NCBI GenBank assembly: GCA_040437565.1
Contig: JBDOQK010000065.1
Span: forward strand, 124,001-186,999
DNA from: Albugo candida
Taxonomy: Eukaryota
DNA length: 62,999 nt
Direction of reading: 5' to 3'
Positions 60,744-62,999 of the stretch are shown here, in pieces. How positions within the stretch are numbered: the first letter of the stretch is position 1; the number at the start of each line of letters is the position of its first letter. The notes beneath the pieces are model-generated. The model did not search any database. It was not told the origin of the DNA and saw only the letters and a list, made by a program, of their open reading frames with translations. The position numbers and the translations under genes are program-made.

Positions 60744-61382
60744 ATGTATAACTGCAAAAAACTTACGCTTATTGCATGCGCATGTGTCGCAATCACGGAA
60801 TATGCAATGGCAGGATCAGATGAGCTTTTGTCAGACCAGAAAACCATAAATGAGAATTTTGAGCAAGTTTCTACTCAAACTGGTGAAAGACAAAAAGGCG
60901 ATAATTGGGACTTACCGCAAGAGGATCCCAAGCCTGATTATCCTGAAGAACCTACGACAACTCAAGATGCATGTGGTTGCATTCCAGTAAGCGTGGTAGG
61001 GGACGCGACATATTGTGTTACTGGTCCAATATGCGCTGGATCTGGTCCTACTCCCGCAGGAATCTCATGTCCAAAGCATCAAGAGTATGCGATCGAGGGT
61101 TGTAAGGAAAATCTCCCTAGCAGTCGCAATGGGAGCTGTCAAGCCCCAAATGATGCAACATGTCGGCGGATGAACGGAACATGGATGTGTGTATATTCGG
61201 ATACTAAGCCACAAGTTGTTGAAGATGCTCCTACTCAAGCTCAGCCAGCTGTCCAATCTCCGACTTTGGAAAACCAACCAGCCGAAAAAGTGCCAGAAGA
61301 CATTTTCACAAAGGATGATCATACAGTTGATCAACCAAAAAAGGAACTTGGTAAGGATGCCTCCTTTTCCAATGACTTTTAG
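60744..61382 (+). CDS. Secreted protein with oomycete Car/mucin-associated Cys-rich domain
   Basis: Signal peptide; VSVVGDATYCVTGPICAGSG..PAGISCPK...LPS...CQAPNDATC...WMCVY is typical of Phytophthora cyst-germination acidic repeat/mucin-like proteins; acidic P/T/Q-rich flanks. Confidence 0.85.
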   Translation: MYNCKKLTLIACACVAITEYAMAGSDELLSDQKTINENFEQVSTQTGERQKGDNWDLPQEDPKPDYPEEPTTTQDACGCIPVSVVGDATYCVTGPICAGSGPTPAGISCPKHQEYAIEGCKENLPSSRNGSCQAPNDATCRRMNGTWMCVYSDTKPQVVEDAPTQAQPAVQSPTLENQPAEKVPEDIFTKDDHTVDQPKKELGKDASFSNDF

Positions 61383-61668
61383 CTCAAGATACGCCAAAAC
61401 GCGTCCGCTGCAACATTTGGTTCACTAGATAGCTCCCATCAAAACCTTTTAGTCAGTCACCACTGAACAAAGTGATACCAATTCGCAGTATAGATGGCTC
61501 TTGCAACTACTCATGAGAGCTGAAACTCTCATGAGTAGTTGCAAGAGCCATCTATACTGCGAATTGGTNNNNNNNNNNNNNNNNNNNNNNNNNNNNNNNN
61601 NNNNNNNNNNNNNNNNNNNNNNNNNNNNNNNNNNNNNNNNNNNNNNNNNNNNNNNNNNNNNNNNNNNN

Positions 61669-62100
61669 CCTACGACAACTCAAGATGCATGTGGTTGCAT
61701 TCCAGTAAGCGTGGTAGGGGACGCGACATATTGTGTTACTGGTCCAATATGCGCTGGATCTGGTCCTACTCCCGTAGGAATCTCATGTCCAAAGCATCAA
61801 GAGTATGCGATCGAGGGTTGTAAGGAAAATCTCCCTAGCAGTCGCAATGGGAGCTGTCAAGCCCCATATGATGCAACATGTCGGCGGATGAACGGAACAT
61901 GGATGTGTGTATATTCGGATACTAAGCCACAAGTTGTTGAAGATGCTCCTACTCAAGCTCAGCCAGTTGTCCAATCTCCGACTTCGGAAAATCAACCAAC
62001 CGAAAAAGTGCCAGAAGACTTTTTCACAAAGGATGATCATACGGTTGATCAACCAAAAAAAGAACTTGGTAAGGATGCCTCATTTTCCAATGACTTGTAG
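61669..62100 (+). CDS. Second, 5'-truncated (gap) copy of the Car/mucin-like Cys-rich protein
   Basis: Same domain with several substitutions (PAG>PVG, PND>PYD, NDF*>NDL*); 3' flank clearly diverged. Confidence 0.75.
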   Translation, partial: PTTTQDACGCIPVSVVGDATYCVTGPICAGSGPTPVGISCPKHQEYAIEGCKENLPSSRNGSCQAPYDATCRRMNGTWMCVYSDTKPQVVEDAPTQAQPVVQSPTSENQPTEKVPEDFFTKDDHTVDQPKKELGKDASFSNDL

Positions 62101-62999
62101 CTCAAGTACGCCAAAACGTGTCCGCTGCAGCTTTGGAAGCACTAAACAGCTCCCATCAAAAGCCTTATAGTCAGTTGCCACTAGCAAAGTGATAACAGTT
62201 CGCAATATGGGTGGTTCAAGCAGCTACTCATTCAAGTCCACGTTACCCGTCTTTCTGTTGTGTTCAATACATATTTCGTTTTTTCATCGTCCAATGACGT
62301 TGATCCTTCATTAAATTATCTGATGTGATGAAGCTTGTTTACTCCAAACCACACGTGGATAAGATTCGCTCATCATTTTGCGGTCGAACCACTATCGCGA
62401 TGTGCAGACGAGACAATTAACAAGGCAGCAAGATAAGTTTATGATCCTATCCGTCAGAGATGGGAACAAAGTTACCCCTTAAATTCTCGCATTCCCGCTG
62501 TTGCTATAGTAACGTGCTACCTTCACTTTAATAAACATCCATCGCGATGGTCTACCTCCAAATAGCCGTGCTACAGTAACCATAAAGTCAAACATTGCGG
62601 ATTGGAACGACTGAGCGAAAACTTCAACCCATCTACTCAATAAAATCCAAGCGGATACTGACGACAATTCGATCTCGACTGAAATCGTGTATTAAATCTG
62701 GAAGAAGCAAGCCAGAATGGATCAGACGGCTGCATGATGGAGCCAGCACTGTAACAAAAGCTGACACAAGAGCCGCGGACAAAAAGCATGCATGGTATTG
62801 GAGGAGGACAAGGGTTCGTACTACCTACAATTACGACTTGGAGTAGGCTCTTGAAGCTGCTATTGCGTTTGCTCTTCATCTTCAAATGATCTACTTTCTT
62901 TGCGACTGTTCTGCTATTACACAAAAGCAACTGTTCAGAGATCCGAATGCGTTTGACTTCTCTAATGAATGGCACACGAAGCCTGCTTTAAAAAAATTA

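Noticed and set aside
62400-62999. Short ORFs at the window end, possible element relic
   Set aside because: No diagnostic motif; truncated by the window.
1-62999. tRNA, rRNA or prokaryotic operon/defence systems
   Set aside because: None recognised; spliceosomal introns and gene content show a eukaryotic nuclear locus.

Overview
Eukaryotic, gene-dense scaffold segment. The gene content and short (about 50-70 nt) GT-AG introns point to an oomycete, most plausibly Albugo (white rust); this is an inference, not a database result. Seventeen 100-N gaps are mostly flanked by duplicated sequence (unmerged overlaps or haplotypes), which creates several fake gene duplications. Housekeeping genes: LMBRD1-like, ARG1-type DnaJ, ankyrin protein, TOP1, homoserine kinase, tandem-TBC RabGAP, GT71 mannosyltransferase, Zwilch-like, Elp3-like, CTP synthase, eIF4A, KLHDC10-like, ATG10-like and RPL10. 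Most notable: (1) an unannotated, stop-riddled island at about 19.7-25.5 kb whose minus strand keeps motif relics resembling a negative-strand RNA virus L polymerase (candidate qin/yue-like endogenous viral element); (2) a START-like + FYVE + FIST fusion next to a second START-FYVE gene; (3) a triplicated cassette of Gly-rich secreted proteins that carried along fragments of the neighbouring RPL10, is interrupted by a decayed L1/Tx1-like LINE, and shares its signal peptide with nearby Cys-rich Car/mucin-like proteins. Domain assignments come from motif recognition by eye, not from searches.
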